A DNA stretch of 64,000 nt from an uncultured Thiotrichaceae bacterium (GCA_964600755.1 CAZRKQ010000019.1:482-64481); one strand, 5' to 3'; shown: positions 9,483 to 19,626, counted from the stretch's first letter. Made by a program: numbers and translations. Notes: generated by a model not told the origin, from the sequence alone.

Positions 9483-9520
9483 ATTGACCCGGGGTCAATT
9501 ACTGACTACATTCTTATAAT
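9483..9520 (+). promoter_or_regulatory. Putative sigma-70 promoter for the M23 peptidase gene, overlapped by the palindrome ATTGACC-CGG-GGTCAAT
   Basis: TTGACC at 9484-9489 is followed by a 17-bp spacer and TACATT at 9507-9512. An alternative -10, TATAAT, lies at 9515-9520. The 7-bp perfect inverted arms occupy 9483-9499. Confidence 0.3.
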
Positions 9521-9542
9521 AAAAACAAATAGTTGTTAAGCT

Positions 9543-10922
9543 ATGGCATTGATTAATCAAGATTTTCGCATCCGGGAGAAGCGCGAGCGTCATCCCATGC
9601 TACGTTGGGCTGTTTTTGCCATAGCGAGTGTCGTGCTGGGCGTGGTACTTGCTAAAACTTCATCTAGCATCCAGACAACAAACAATCTGCCCTCATTCAA
9701 GCAGGTCCAACCCACCCAGGATGAAATCGCTCGCCTCAGTTTCGAACTGACATTGCCTGAATTACAGGCAAAACAGAAAATTCTTGATGAACTGAATCAT
9801 GAATCAAGCAAACAATGGCAGGAATTAACGGTTAAATCAGGCGACAGCCTTTCCAAGCTGTTTAAACGCGCCAAGCTTAAGCCACAACAACTCGATGAAG
9901 TAATGAAGTCTGGCGAAGCCGCCAAAAAGCTAACCAAGATTTTCCCCAAAGACACTATACGTGTACTCACCGATGAGCAGGGTGATTTACAGGCTTTACG
10001 CTACGAAATTGACCCTGAAACTTATCTCATGGTTGAACGTGAATACGGTGAGCTCGTCTCCAAGGAACACAAGCACATTATCGAGACACGTGTCGCCCAT
10101 GCAGAAGGCGCCATAAATTCTTCACTGTTCCTGGCTGCCAACGAAGCCGGCATCTCTGAAAATGTCATCATGGAGCTGGCGGGTATTTTCGGCTGGGACA
10201 TCGATTTCGTACTGGATATTCGCAAGGGCGACAGCTTCAAGCTGCTCTACGAAGAAATTTATCGCAATGGCGAAAAAATCAAAGACGGTGAAATCCTAGC
10301 GGCCGAATTCGTTAACGACGGTGATGTCTACCGGGCTGTTAGATACACAAACCCGGAAACCAACCGCACTGAATACTACACGCCCGAAGGCAAGAGCATG
10401 CGTAAGGAATTCCTGCGCACACCGGTGAGCTTCGCGCGTATCAGCTCTCGCTTTACCACCAAGCGCTACCACCCGGTATTGCATAAGGTCCGTTCACACA
10501 AGGGTGTCGACTATGCAGCAAAACGCGGTACACCTATTCGCGCTGCCGGCGACGGTAAAGTCATCTTTAAGGGCAAGAAAGGCGGTTACGGTCGCGTCTT
10601 AATACTCCAGCACGGCAGCAAATACACGACCGTGTATGCGCACCTGAACAGTTATAACAAGAAGGTCCGTGTTGGCAAGAAAGTCAAACAGGGCCAGACA
10701 ATTGCTTATGTCGGCAGCTCCGGTTTGGCAACAGGACCACACCTGCATTATGAATTCCGCGTCAACGGTGTACACCGTAACCCACTGACTGTTCGTTTAC
10801 CAAGCTCGGGTCCGGTACCCAAACGCTACCTGGCCGACTTCGAACTGACTACAACACCAGTGCTTGCCCAACTTGATCTGTTGACCCGCGATACCCAGCT
10901 CGCTTTAGCCGAGACTGAATGA
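9543..10922 (+). CDS. M23 family peptidoglycan DD-metalloendopeptidase with an N-terminal OapA/LysM-like region
   Basis: The C-terminal M23 signatures HKGVDYAA, HLNSYNKKV and GSSGLATGPHLHYE are present. Length is 459 aa. Position between tyrS and anmK follows the Pseudomonas arrangement. Confidence 0.8.
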   Translation: MALINQDFRIREKRERHPMLRWAVFAIASVVLGVVLAKTSSSIQTTNNLPSFKQVQPTQDEIARLSFELTLPELQAKQKILDELNHESSKQWQELTVKSGDSLSKLFKRAKLKPQQLDEVMKSGEAAKKLTKIFPKDTIRVLTDEQGDLQALRYEIDPETYLMVEREYGELVSKEHKHIIETRVAHAEGAINSSLFLAANEAGISENVIMELAGIFGWDIDFVLDIRKGDSFKLLYEEIYRNGEKIKDGEILAAEFVNDGDVYRAVRYTNPETNRTEYYTPEGKSMRKEFLRTPVSFARISSRFTTKRYHPVLHKVRSHKGVDYAAKRGTPIRAAGDGKVIFKGKKGGYGRVLILQHGSKYTTVYAHLNSYNKKVRVGKKVKQGQTIAYVGSSGLATGPHLHYEFRVNGVHRNPLTVRLPSSGPVPKRYLADFELTTTPVLAQLDLLTRDTQLALAETE

Positions 10923-12028
10923 CAGCACTCTATGTCGGCCTGATGTCAGGCACCAGCATGGATGGCATAGACGCAGTGCTGGTTGACTGCTTCACACAAA
11001 AACCCCATCTCGTTGCGACACACAGCAAGCCCTGGCCTGATTCGATACGGCAGCAGCTCACACAAGCTCAACAACTGGATGATGAAGCCGTGTTCGGCTT
11101 AGACGAGCTCGACAAGGCGATTGCAGGGCAATTCGCACAAGCAACGCTCGAACTGGTCGCCATAGCTGGAACTGGTGTAAATGAAATCATCGCAATCGGC
11201 ATCCATGGCCAGACCATTCGCCACCGGCCGCACGCTGAACAACCCTTTTCACTTCAACTCGGCAATGGCCAGCGCATTGCGGACCTGACCGGCATTCAAA
11301 CCATAGCCGATTTCCGTAGCGCAGATATCGAAGCTGGCGGCGAAGGCGCACCGCTGGCACCGGCTTTTCACAATGCCGTGTTACGCAGCAACAGCGAGAA
11401 CCGCTGCGTGGTCAACATCGGCGGCATCGCCAACATCACCCTGCTGCCTGCAGACAATTCTGCAACCGTCACCGGATACGATACCGGACCGGGCAATAAC
11501 CTGATGGACGGCTGGATAAAACAACACAGCTCCAGGCCTTACGACAACAATGGCGATTGGGCCCGTTCAGGACAGATTAATGATGCCTTGCTATCAAGAT
11601 TAAAAGCAGATGATTACTTTCAGTTAGCGTCACCCAAAAGCACCGGCTTCGAATACTTCAACCAGGACTGGTTGAGACAACATAATGTTGGCGATCTGCC
11701 TGCTGAAGACGTACAGGCAACCTTGTGTGAACTAACGGCAACAACGATTGCTGATGCTGTTCTGGCAACCGGTATCAACATCAAGCGGCTACTGATTTGT
11801 GGTGGCGGCGTGCACAATAGCTACTGTGTTGAGCGACTGCAATCATACCTCACCGTAACAGCGGTTGAATCGACAGAAATGCACGGTGTACACCCGGACT
11901 GGGTTGAGGCCATGGCTTTTGCCTGGCTGGCGCAGTGCAATATTGAAGGTAAGCCCGGCAACCTGCCCTCGGTTACCGGCGCCAGGGAAGCCGTTGTATT
12001 GGGATCACTCAGCACTCCTGATATCTGA
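10919..12028 (+). CDS. anmK: anhydro-N-acetylmuramic acid kinase
   Basis: The N-terminus MTALYVGLMSGTSMDGIDAVLVD is typical of AnmK. Length is 369 aa, and the gene overlaps the upstream M23 stop. Confidence 0.9.
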   Translation: MTALYVGLMSGTSMDGIDAVLVDCFTQKPHLVATHSKPWPDSIRQQLTQAQQLDDEAVFGLDELDKAIAGQFAQATLELVAIAGTGVNEIIAIGIHGQTIRHRPHAEQPFSLQLGNGQRIADLTGIQTIADFRSADIEAGGEGAPLAPAFHNAVLRSNSENRCVVNIGGIANITLLPADNSATVTGYDTGPGNNLMDGWIKQHSSRPYDNNGDWARSGQINDALLSRLKADDYFQLASPKSTGFEYFNQDWLRQHNVGDLPAEDVQATLCELTATTIADAVLATGINIKRLLICGGGVHNSYCVERLQSYLTVTAVESTEMHGVHPDWVEAMAFAWLAQCNIEGKPGNLPSVTGAREAVVLGSLSTPDI

Positions 12029-12053
12029 TCATTGCTTCTACCATTAATCTTCA

Positions 12054-12488
12054 ATGCTCGAGTTTATTTTCTTCCATCAAAATATCTGCAAACTGTTTAC
12101 CGACTTCATTACAGAGCAGAGCATTGAATACCAGGTATCAGATGATGGCGATAATATCACTGTCTCTGTTTCAGAAGATGTCGATGACACTGTTATAGAA
12201 CAACTTGAAGAAGAATAAGATCGCTTACTGGATCTCAGCCGAGAGCAGACTGACAAGGACGAAGGCGAAAGCCGTGAGAATTACCAGAAAGCCAGCCTGC
12301 TGATATCACTGAAAAACGGCGACAATTCCTATGCTCATGTTGATATGGATTTGATAAACCGTGTGCTTCGCACGATTAACACGAATGAATTAAACCAGCT
12401 AATCGAGGCCATCGCCGACGCCGTTGAGAACCCCGATGATCGCAGTTACTGCCAGATCCTGAAAGACGGCGACAAAGATATCCAGTAG
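12054..12488 (+). other. acidic small ORF interrupted by one in-frame TAA, a possible pseudogene or two small ORFs
   Basis: ATG at 12054 opens a 54-codon ORF ending at TAA 12216-12218. The same frame then continues for 89 codons to TAG 12486-12488. Combined, the two parts would encode a 143-aa acidic protein. Confidence 0.3.
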
Positions 12489-12555
12489 ATTTTATAGCCA
12501 GAATACAGGGTTGATAGCCGTTACCGACTCATAGCAAATATTAAACATGTATTTC

Positions 12556-12653
12556 AACGCAAAGGCGCAAAGAGCGCTAAGTTAATGTCTTTTTTGTTCT
12601 AAATATTATTAATTTCTTTCTTTGCGTCCTCGGCGTCTTCGCGCCTTTGCGTT
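12556..12653. repeat. Inverted-repeat element B of the GCAAAG-hexamer family
   Basis: Left arm AACGCAAAGGCGCAAAG occupies 12556-12572. Right arm CTTTGCGTCCTCGGCGTCTTCGCGCCTTTGCGTT occupies 12620-12653. The centre is AT-rich. Confidence 0.7.
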
Positions 12654-12667
12654 GATACAATCTTTTT

Positions 12668-13825
12668 CTAACCACGCTGATCAATGGGCACGTAGTCGCG
12701 TGGCGAACACCCGGTGTATATCTGTGTCGGCCGGAAGATGCGATTGTCGGACAGCTGTTCCTTCCAGTGGGCCATCCAGCCGGCGATGCGCGACACGGCG
12801 AATATCGGGGTGAACTGGTCCGGCGGGATGCCCATTTCCGAGTACAGGATGCCGGAGTAGTAATCGACGTTCGGGTACACGCCCTTGGGCCCGAGGAATT
12901 CCTCGCACTGGCGTTCCAGTTCCAGCGCGGTCTCGAACATCGGGCTCAGGTTGCCTTTCTTTTCCGCCCACTCCAGCACCATCTTCTGCAGAATGATCGC
13001 GCGCGGGTCCTTGGTCTTGTACTCGCGGTGGCCCATGCCCCAGATCACTTCCTTTTCCTCCAGTTTCATCTCCAGCCAGTCCCTGACGTTTTCCGGGCGG
13101 CCGATTTCTTCCAGCATCTCCACCACGCGCTGGTTGGCGCCGCCGTGCAGCGGGCCGGCCAGGGTGCCGATCGCCGCCGCGATCACCCGGAACGGACCGG
13201 CCAGTGTCGAAGCACAGACCATGGCCGCGAAGGTGGATGCGTTGATGGTGTGCTCCGCGTGCATGATCAGGCAGGCATCCATGATACGCGCCGTCAGCGG
13301 GTCCGGTTCGAGGCCGGTGAACATGTAGATGAAATTTTCAGCGTGGGTCAGGTCACTTCGCGGCTCGATCGGGTCGTAGCCGTGGCGCACATGCTGCCAG
13401 GCGGCGACGATGGTCGCGACGCGGGCGATTATCTTCACCGACATGCTGTGGACGTAGTACTCGTCCTCTTGGCCGTAGCCCTCTGTCAGCACTTTTGAGC
13501 CCTTGTAGAACATGCCCATCGCGGCGATCGCGGTCTGCAGCATTTCCATCGGGTGACCGCTGGCAGGCAGGTTTTTCATGATCTCGCGGACATTGTACTT
13601 GAGCTTGCGCTCGCCCCGCAGCTGCTGATCGAAGTCGTCAAGTGTGGCGCTGCCGGGTAATTCACCGTCCAGCAGTAACAATGCGGTTTCTTCAAAGGTG
13701 CTTTTTTCAGCGAGTTCCTGAATGCTGTAACCACGATAGGCAAGAATGCCCTTCTCGCCATCGATTGATGAAATATTCGACTTGGTTGCAGGAACGCCGG
13801 CAAGGCCGGGTAAATATTCACTCAT
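12668..13825 (-). CDS. citrate synthase family protein, either citrate synthase or 2-methylcitrate synthase
   Basis: Length is 385 aa, with GMGHREYKTKDPRA as the catalytic His region and an overall CS-II-like sequence. No prp neighbours are present to discriminate the two functions. Confidence 0.85.
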   Translation of the reverse strand: MSEYLPGLAGVPATKSNISSIDGEKGILAYRGYSIQELAEKSTFEETALLLLDGELPGSATLDDFDQQLRGERKLKYNVREIMKNLPASGHPMEMLQTAIAAMGMFYKGSKVLTEGYGQEDEYYVHSMSVKIIARVATIVAAWQHVRHGYDPIEPRSDLTHAENFIYMFTGLEPDPLTARIMDACLIMHAEHTINASTFAAMVCASTLAGPFRVIAAAIGTLAGPLHGGANQRVVEMLEEIGRPENVRDWLEMKLEEKEVIWGMGHREYKTKDPRAIILQKMVLEWAEKKGNLSPMFETALELERQCEEFLGPKGVYPNVDYYSGILYSEMGIPPDQFTPIFAVSRIAGWMAHWKEQLSDNRIFRPTQIYTGCSPRDYVPIDQRG

Positions 13826-13894
13826 TTCAAACGTCCTTCAGCTGCGAAGCTGCATAGCTTACCAAACTATGCGTGCACTGGTTTTGGCTTATGA

Positions 13895-13927
13895 CATTAA
13901 AAAAGGGCGATGATAACCGCCCTTAAT
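13895..13927 (-). terminator. rho-independent terminator downstream of erpA
   Basis: The stem GGGCG...CGCCC is followed on the minus strand by a T-tract. On the plus strand the sequence reads TTAAAAAAGGGCGATGATAACCGCCCTTAA. Confidence 0.5.
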
Positions 13928-13946
13928 TAGCAAAATTATTTCCTTA

Positions 13947-14324
13947 CTAGATCGAAAAAGATGAACCACAGCCACAGGTTGATGTGGCATTCGGGTTGTT
14001 AATCACGAATCTCGAACCCTCTAGCCCTTCCTCGAAATCAACTGTGGCGCCACTGAGATATTGAGCGCTCATCGCATCAACCACCATGGTGACACCGGAT
14101 TTTTCGACCTTGATATCATCATCTTTGACATGCTCATCAAACTCGAAGCCGTACTGGAAGCCGGAGCAGCCACCACCACTGACGAACACGCGGAGTTTCA
14201 GCTCAGGATTTTTTTCTTCTGCTATCAAAGACTTGAGTTTACCTGCAGCAGCATCAGTAAAACCAATCGCTGGTGTTGCTACAGCCTTGGGCTGCATAGG
14301 GGTAAAAGAGACATTAATACTCAT
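13947..14324 (-). CDS. erpA: iron-sulfur cluster insertion protein ErpA, an A-type carrier
   Basis: Length is 125 aa. The C-terminus CGCGSSF and the CSGFQYGF motif match the IscA/ErpA family. Confidence 0.85.
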   Translation of the reverse strand: MSINVSFTPMQPKAVATPAIGFTDAAAGKLKSLIAEEKNPELKLRVFVSGGGCSGFQYGFEFDEHVKDDDIKVEKSGVTMVVDAMSAQYLSGATVDFEEGLEGSRFVINNPNATSTCGCGSSFSI

Positions 14325-14377
14325 AGTACGACCTGCCGAATATCCGGATTAATACATTAGATATTGCTAAATTAGCA

Positions 14378-14402
14378 TTTCCCGACTAAATTAGTCAACT
14401 AT
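14378..14402. promoter_or_regulatory. IscR type-1-like operator upstream of erpA
   Basis: CCCGACTAAATTAGTCAACTAT matches the recalled type-1 consensus ATASYYGACTRWWWYAGTCRRSTAT at all positions except the 5' ATA. A second related palindrome, GCTAAATTAGC, lies at 14366-14376. Confidence 0.4.
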
Positions 14403-14421
14403 TGAGTTCACAGCCCGAAAA

Positions 14422-14883
14422 TCAGCCTTTGGCCAGGGCCGCATCATCCATTTCCTGATCCTGCTCTTCATGCGTGCCTTCATGCGTCTCTACCGGATTG
14501 GCATGATGCTCAAGCAAGTGCCTTTCCTTGGTGTCGTGCAGCATATTGCCATTGACTGAAGCTCCGCTCGCCATTTCCAGCACATTGTAGTGAACGTTTC
14601 CAGTGATGCATGCCTTGTTTGACAGTTCCAGCTTTTCACTGGCGTATACATTACCCTTGACGGTACCATTGATCACGGCGTAAGGGACACTGACGTCTCC
14701 GTTTATCTGTCCCTGCTCACTCAAAACAAGCACTGAATTAGAGCCGTTATCGGAACTGACATTGCCGTTGATCTTTCCATCCAGATGCAAGCCACCGCTG
14801 AAGTTAAGATCGCCGTCTAACTCGATACTCTGGCCAATCAGCGTTTCTATTTTGGATGAACGAATTTTATTGTTGCCCCACAT
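14422..14883 (-). CDS. bactofilin family protein, a polymer-forming cytoskeletal protein
   Basis: Length is 153 aa. Repeated beta-helix motifs such as INGNVSSD, INGDVSV, INGTVKGNVYA and ITGNVHYN are typical of the bactofilin/CcmA domain. Confidence 0.8.
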   Translation of the reverse strand: MWGNNKIRSSKIETLIGQSIELDGDLNFSGGLHLDGKINGNVSSDNGSNSVLVLSEQGQINGDVSVPYAVINGTVKGNVYASEKLELSNKACITGNVHYNVLEMASGASVNGNMLHDTKERHLLEHHANPVETHEGTHEEQDQEMDDAALAKG

Positions 14884-14884
14884 A

Positions 14885-15622
14885 CTAATCTCCTGCAGTT
14901 AGATCGTCCCAGGGAAATTTTTCATCTACTGAATCGAGTGTCTTTGACCTGGGGTTTACTTTGACTCTCATCGACTCTGCTATAAAACCTTCTGGCAATT
15001 TAAGCTTGCCGGTGAAATTCTGAAAATATTTCAAACCAAAGTTCATTGGTTTAGTTGCTTCATCAGATATATCATTCAAGGCTAATACCTGCTGTGCTCC
15101 CTGATTTGTACCCTTGATGCTGACTTCCACGGTGCCTCGTGCAAAGCGGTCATTTTGGCCTTGCTGGCTAACCATGATTTTATAGTCATAATCACCGGCA
15201 ACATTTTTTTTCAGCTGGATCGTCTGAATGACAATACTGGGCTTGCCCTGTTCCGGCGCAACGATGCTTTTGTAAAAAGCCAGCTCCTTCTTGAGCTCCA
15301 GCACTTCATTTTGAGCCTCGGCCAGGGTTTTCTTAAGCTCACCACTGGTGTCATCTTCAATCTTGCTGTTCCTTTCAAGCATAGCAGTTTGTCGCTGAGA
15401 TTCAGCCAAATCCGCCTGTAAAGTTTCAATTTCTGACTGCAGAATATCGATCGCCAGGTTTGATTCCGAGGAGTCGAAACCGGCGACTCTCCTGCCCTGT
15501 TCGTGCGCCAGCAAGATCATGGCAGCAATCAGTGCAATAATGGCTACAAGGCCCATAAACCAGCGGAACGGGCGCTGAATAGTGATCAAATATCGTGTCT
15601 GAAGTGGTTTCATATTCATCAT
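14885..15622 (-). CDS. hypothetical membrane-anchored coiled-coil protein
   Basis: Length is 245 aa, with an N-terminal TM segment [16 protein letters not shown] followed by a coiled-coil region. It sits between argC and the bactofilin gene, as in the Pseudomonas argC-downstream hypotheticals, and overlaps the argC start. Confidence 0.5.
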   Translation of the reverse strand: MMNMKPLQTRYLITIQRPFRWFMGLVAIIALIAAMILLAHEQGRRVAGFDSSESNLAIDILQSEIETLQADLAESQRQTAMLERNSKIEDDTSGELKKTLAEAQNEVLELKKELAFYKSIVAPEQGKPSIVIQTIQLKKNVAGDYDYKIMVSQQGQNDRFARGTVEVSIKGTNQGAQQVLALNDISDEATKPMNFGLKYFQNFTGKLKLPEGFIAESMRVKVNPRSKTLDSVDEKFPWDDLTAGD

Positions 15623-16650
15623 GGCAGTAACGCTACGTTGTTGAGTCCGGTTTCTTCGTCTAAACCGAACATGATGTTCATATTCTGCACGGCCTGGCCG
15701 GCAGCCCCTTTAACCAGATTATCGATGACAGAAGATACAACCACAGTATCTGCGCCCTGGGGCTGAAACACCGATAGCCTGCACATGTTCACACCACGAA
15801 CCGTACGTGTTTCCGGCATGGTTCCCGCAGGCAGCACATCAACAAACGGTTCCGATGCATAACGTTTGACGTATAGTTCATGTAAATCAATATCGCCTGT
15901 TTTGAGCACGGCGTACAAACTTGCTTCTATACCGCGGATCATAGGCAGCAGATGCGGCACGAAAGTGAGGCCAACCTCGTGCCCGGCTACGCTACTCAGG
16001 GTCTGGCGTATTTCCGGTAAATGGCGATGGCCATCGACGGCATAGGGCTTGAAACTCTCACTCGCTTCACACAACAGGGTGGCGACACTGGCACCGCGAC
16101 CGGCACCACTGACACCTGATTTGGCATCTGCAATCAAGTGCTGATCTTCGATCAGATCATTTTCAATCAAAGGCAGGAAGCCAAGCGCTACAGCTGTGGG
16201 ATAACAGCCCGGATTGGCAACGACTTTTGCATCCTTAACCGCATTACGATTCAGCTCAGGTAATCCATAGACTGCATCCGCCAGCACATCTGCACATGCA
16301 TGCTTGATGCCATACCATTGCTCCCACTGCGCTTCATCTTTCAATCTGAAATCGGCAGCAAGGTCGATAACACGGGCCCCCTGTTCAAGCAGCGCGGGTA
16401 CCATCGTCATCGCTGTACCATTCGGTGTGGCAAAAAATACAATGTCACAGTTCCCCAGAGACTTCTCATCGGGTTCAGTAAATTCCATGTCTGTGTGCTC
16501 GCGTAAATTCGGAAACATATCAGCAACTTTATTGCCTGCTTCTGAACGAGAAGTCACACACTTCAACTCGACTTCGGGATGCATGACCAGCAAACGCAGC
16601 AGTTCTACACCGGTGTAGCCCGTGCCCCCAACAACGCCTGCGCTCAACAT
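15619..16650 (-). CDS. argC: N-acetyl-gamma-glutamyl-phosphate reductase
   Basis: The N-terminus [21 protein letters not shown] is typical of ArgC. Length is 343 aa. Confidence 0.9.
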   Translation of the reverse strand: MLSAGVVGGTGYTGVELLRLLVMHPEVELKCVTSRSEAGNKVADMFPNLREHTDMEFTEPDEKSLGNCDIVFFATPNGTAMTMVPALLEQGARVIDLAADFRLKDEAQWEQWYGIKHACADVLADAVYGLPELNRNAVKDAKVVANPGCYPTAVALGFLPLIENDLIEDQHLIADAKSGVSGAGRGASVATLLCEASESFKPYAVDGHRHLPEIRQTLSSVAGHEVGLTFVPHLLPMIRGIEASLYAVLKTGDIDLHELYVKRYASEPFVDVLPAGTMPETRTVRGVNMCRLSVFQPQGADTVVVSSVIDNLVKGAAGQAVQNMNIMFGLDEETGLNNVALLP

Positions 16651-16768
16651 GACTCTATTCCTGGATTGAAACTGGTAGTGTTCATTTTTGTTCTTTTATT
16701 TAACTATTGCTGTATTTTTCAACATATGTATTATTCTTGTTACCGTACAATTGTAGTGGCAAATTTCG

Positions 16769-17188
16769 ATGTTATGGGTTAAATCCTTTCATATTATTTT
16801 CATGGTGACCTGGTTTGCAGGCCTGTTTTATTTACCGCGACTGTTTGTCTATCACGCCAGTACTGAAGACGGTATCAGCATAAACAGGTTCAAGGTCATG
16901 GAACGCAAGCTGTTCTGGGGAATCGCCACTCCCGGAGGCATTATCACCATAGCCCTGGGATTCTGGTTAATCGAAATGATCGGATTTTCCTATTCGGCTT
17001 TATGGCTGCAGGCCAAGCTGGCCCTGGTCGGCGTACTGGTGCTGTATCACATCTGGTGCGGCAAACTGGTAGTCGACTTCAAACGGGATAACAACAGGCA
17101 TTCCCATGTCTGGTACCGCCTGTTTAATGAATTTCCGGTGCTGATCCTGATAGCCGTGGTGTTACTGGTCGAATTAAAACCTGTTTAG
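16769..17188 (+). CDS. hemJ: protoporphyrinogen IX oxidase HemJ
   Basis: The segment KSFHIIFMVTWFAGLFYLPRLFVYHA matches the UPF0093/HemJ signature. Length is 139 aa with four TM helices. Confidence 0.8.
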   Translation: MLWVKSFHIIFMVTWFAGLFYLPRLFVYHASTEDGISINRFKVMERKLFWGIATPGGIITIALGFWLIEMIGFSYSALWLQAKLALVGVLVLYHIWCGKLVVDFKRDNNRHSHVWYRLFNEFPVLILIAVVLLVELKPV

Positions 17189-17199
17189 CCCTGCTGCAA

Positions 17200-17673
17200 T
17201 CAGGTAAACAGTAGCGGCTCGAGCTCCTTGAGTGCTTTTTTATAGACCTTGCGCTTGAAGAAAACGATATCCTCCACAGGTGTCCAGTAATCAACCCAGC
17301 GCCAGCGGTCAAACTCCGGTTTTTCAGAATGTCTCAGGTTGAAATCGCTCTCGGAGCCGATCAGGCGTAAACAAAACCAGATTTGCTTCTGGCCTATGCA
17401 CAGGGGTTTTGAGCGATGTCTGATCAGGTGTTTTGGAATACGATACCTTAGCCAGCCACGCGTCTTGCCCATAACATTGACGTGGTCAGCTAATAACCCG
17501 GTTTCCTCATAGAGCTCACGAAACATCGCATCCACCGGCGATTCGTTCGGCTGAATACCGCCCTGGGGAAACTGCCATGCATTTTGACCACGCCTGCGCG
17601 CCCAGAAAACCTGGCCGTCCGGGTTGCTCAAAATGATGCCGACATTGGCTCTGAACCCATCAGAATCAATCAC
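17200..17673 (-). CDS. rppH: RNA pyrophosphohydrolase, Nudix
   Basis: The N-terminus [15 protein letters not shown] and the Nudix box [22 protein letters not shown] are present. Length is 157 aa. Confidence 0.85.
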   Translation of the reverse strand: MIDSDGFRANVGIILSNPDGQVFWARRRGQNAWQFPQGGIQPNESPVDAMFRELYEETGLLADHVNVMGKTRGWLRYRIPKHLIRHRSKPLCIGQKQIWFCLRLIGSESDFNLRHSEKPEFDRWRWVDYWTPVEDIVFFKRKVYKKALKELEPLLFT

Positions 17674-17804
17674 TTGTAAAAATCCTGTTGCTCTGCGTCA
17701 TTACCGTTCAGACGCATAAATAATCAATAGTTATGATATTAACAGACAATCAAAGGATTTAAAGTTCAAGATAAATTTCTGTGCAGCCAGAATGTGGCAG
17801 GCAT

Positions 17805-17834
17805 AAAAAAGGCCCAATAAATGGGCCTTTTTAA
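17805..17834 (-). terminator. bidirectional rho-independent terminator downstream of the PEP-CTERM gene
   Basis: The sequence AAAAAAGGCCCAATAAATGGGCCTTTTT forms a perfect stem with T-tracts on both strands. Confidence 0.6.
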
Positions 17835-17851
17835 CTATAAGAGTTAAGTGT

Positions 17852-18502
17852 TTAGCTTGCGCGTCTGCGTGCTACACCGACCAGGCCAAGTAGGCCTGAG
17901 GCAAAAAGCCATACCGCTGCTGGCACGGGTACAATGGTAATGTCCGCATTGCGGATATAGAAATGATCAGCGAACTCATCACCAACAGCCTTGAACTCGA
18001 TCAAATTGGAGCTGCCATCGAGAGCTAGTGTCAGAAAGCCATCATCGACAACATCTGTTGCCAGGGTCCAGCCACCTGCACCATAACGATATAAAATATC
18101 ACCGTTATAATCATAATGGTCTGTATCACCTAATCCCAGGGTTACATCGGTGATATTCTGACTGAGCTCCCACGACAGAATTTCTGCATTCCCACCATCG
18201 ATACTGACATTATCATCCGAAGAAGGGTTACATTGATCACCAACAAGAACAGAACATACACCCATACCACCGATAATTCCGTTATATTCGTCGTCCATGT
18301 AAACATGGCTGGGTGTACCGGCTGGCGCTTCTGTGGCCGTTGCGGTTAGTGTCAGGCCATCTTCAGTCAATGAGAAGATATTAAAGCCATGCTCACCATT
18401 GATGTCGATCCAGTCCTGAAAATCAAAATATGCAGCGTTGACCAGTGATGCACCAGCAAGAGCAGCAACTGAGAATGTGGCTAATACGATTTTTTTAAAC
18501 AT
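17852..18502 (-). CDS. PEP-CTERM sorting-domain secreted protein
   Basis: Length is 216 aa, with an N-terminal signal peptide. The C-terminus VPVPAAVWLFASGLLGLVGVARRRAS has the PEP-CTERM architecture of VPxP, a TM helix and an Arg cluster. Confidence 0.75.
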   Translation of the reverse strand: MFKKIVLATFSVAALAGASLVNAAYFDFQDWIDINGEHGFNIFSLTEDGLTLTATATEAPAGTPSHVYMDDEYNGIIGGMGVCSVLVGDQCNPSSDDNVSIDGGNAEILSWELSQNITDVTLGLGDTDHYDYNGDILYRYGAGGWTLATDVVDDGFLTLALDGSSNLIEFKAVGDEFADHFYIRNADITIVPVPAAVWLFASGLLGLVGVARRRAS

Positions 18503-18949
18503 TTTCTTTACCTTAAGATGTGTAATCCATAAATTTATAAAGCTAACTTTATAATCCTATTGCAATTAACATACCAGAATGAAATATATTCCAGATAATC
18601 ATCAACTTAATAAAAATATTTCGTAGCCGGCAAAGCTGTTTATCCACAAAGTGGAAAAAAGTGTAAGCATGGCCGACAATATATCGGTGACACAGCTGCT
18701 TCATGCTGATCCAGGTGGAAGATATCTCGCCAGATGCACCATCTGGATTATTCATCCTCAAAAACCTAAAGCCTTTATATTTATATATTTCAACAAGTTG
18801 AATATTTTCACGCGAAATCAGCAGAAAATACAAGGTGTTAATAATTCCGACGATAAGCCCCTGTTTCAACTCCTGGTGTTATTGACTGGCATGATTCTGA
18901 ATGAAAAGGTAGTATCTTCGCGCTCAAAACTACTTAAGCCCTGATCCCG

Positions 18950-19606
18950 ATGCCACTCGCCCTGTTCGATCTCGACAATACCCTGCTGGCCGGTGACAGC
19001 GACTACCTGTGGGGCTGTTTCCTGGTTGACAAGGGACTGGTCGAGAAGCAGCTTTACGAGGAAGCCAATGAGCGCTTTTACCGTGAATATGCCGAAGGCA
19101 AGCTCGACATCCACGAGTTCCTCAATTTCGCGCTGCAGCCGCTGGCGAGCAATGATGCAGAACTGCTGAAATCCCTGCACCAGGAGTTCATGGAAAAACA
19201 CATCAAACCGATCATGACCCGGCGCGGCAAGGAACTCATTGCCAAACACCACCGCGAGGGTGATCACCCGGTAATAATCACGGCAACCAACAGTTTTGTA
19301 ACCGCTCCGATTGCGCAAGCCTTTGGCGTTGCCGACCTGATCGCCACCGAACCTGAAATCATCGATGGCCACTACTCCGGAAAAGTCGCAGGCACTCCCT
19401 GTTTTCAGCATGGCAAGATTGAAAGACTGCATGCCTGGCTGGAGCTGACAAACATCGATTTTGACAACAGCTGGTTCTACAGCGACTCACACAATGACCT
19501 GCCTTTGCTCGAGGAAGTGGCACACCCGGTTGCGGTGGATCCGGATGATCAGCTACGCGCTATTGCCAGTGAACGTGGCTGGCAGATAACCAGCTTCAGG
19601 GGTTAG
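18950..19606 (+). CDS. HAD-IB family hydrolase
   Basis: The N-terminal DxD motif LALFDLDNTLL is present, and the sequence is HAD subfamily IB-like overall. Length is 218 aa. Confidence 0.7.
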   Translation: MPLALFDLDNTLLAGDSDYLWGCFLVDKGLVEKQLYEEANERFYREYAEGKLDIHEFLNFALQPLASNDAELLKSLHQEFMEKHIKPIMTRRGKELIAKHHREGDHPVIITATNSFVTAPIAQAFGVADLIATEPEIIDGHYSGKVAGTPCFQHGKIERLHAWLELTNIDFDNSWFYSDSHNDLPLLEEVAHPVAVDPDDQLRAIASERGWQITSFRG

Positions 19607-19626
19607 TAATAAAGATAATTCGTTTC

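Noticed and set aside
18549-18944. Two overlapping ORFs of about 100 aa lie in the AT-rich region upstream of the PEP-CTERM gene.
   Set aside because: Composition is extremely AT-rich and low in complexity. The ORFs overlap each other on opposite strands and have no motifs. I interpret the region as a non-coding leader and promoter.
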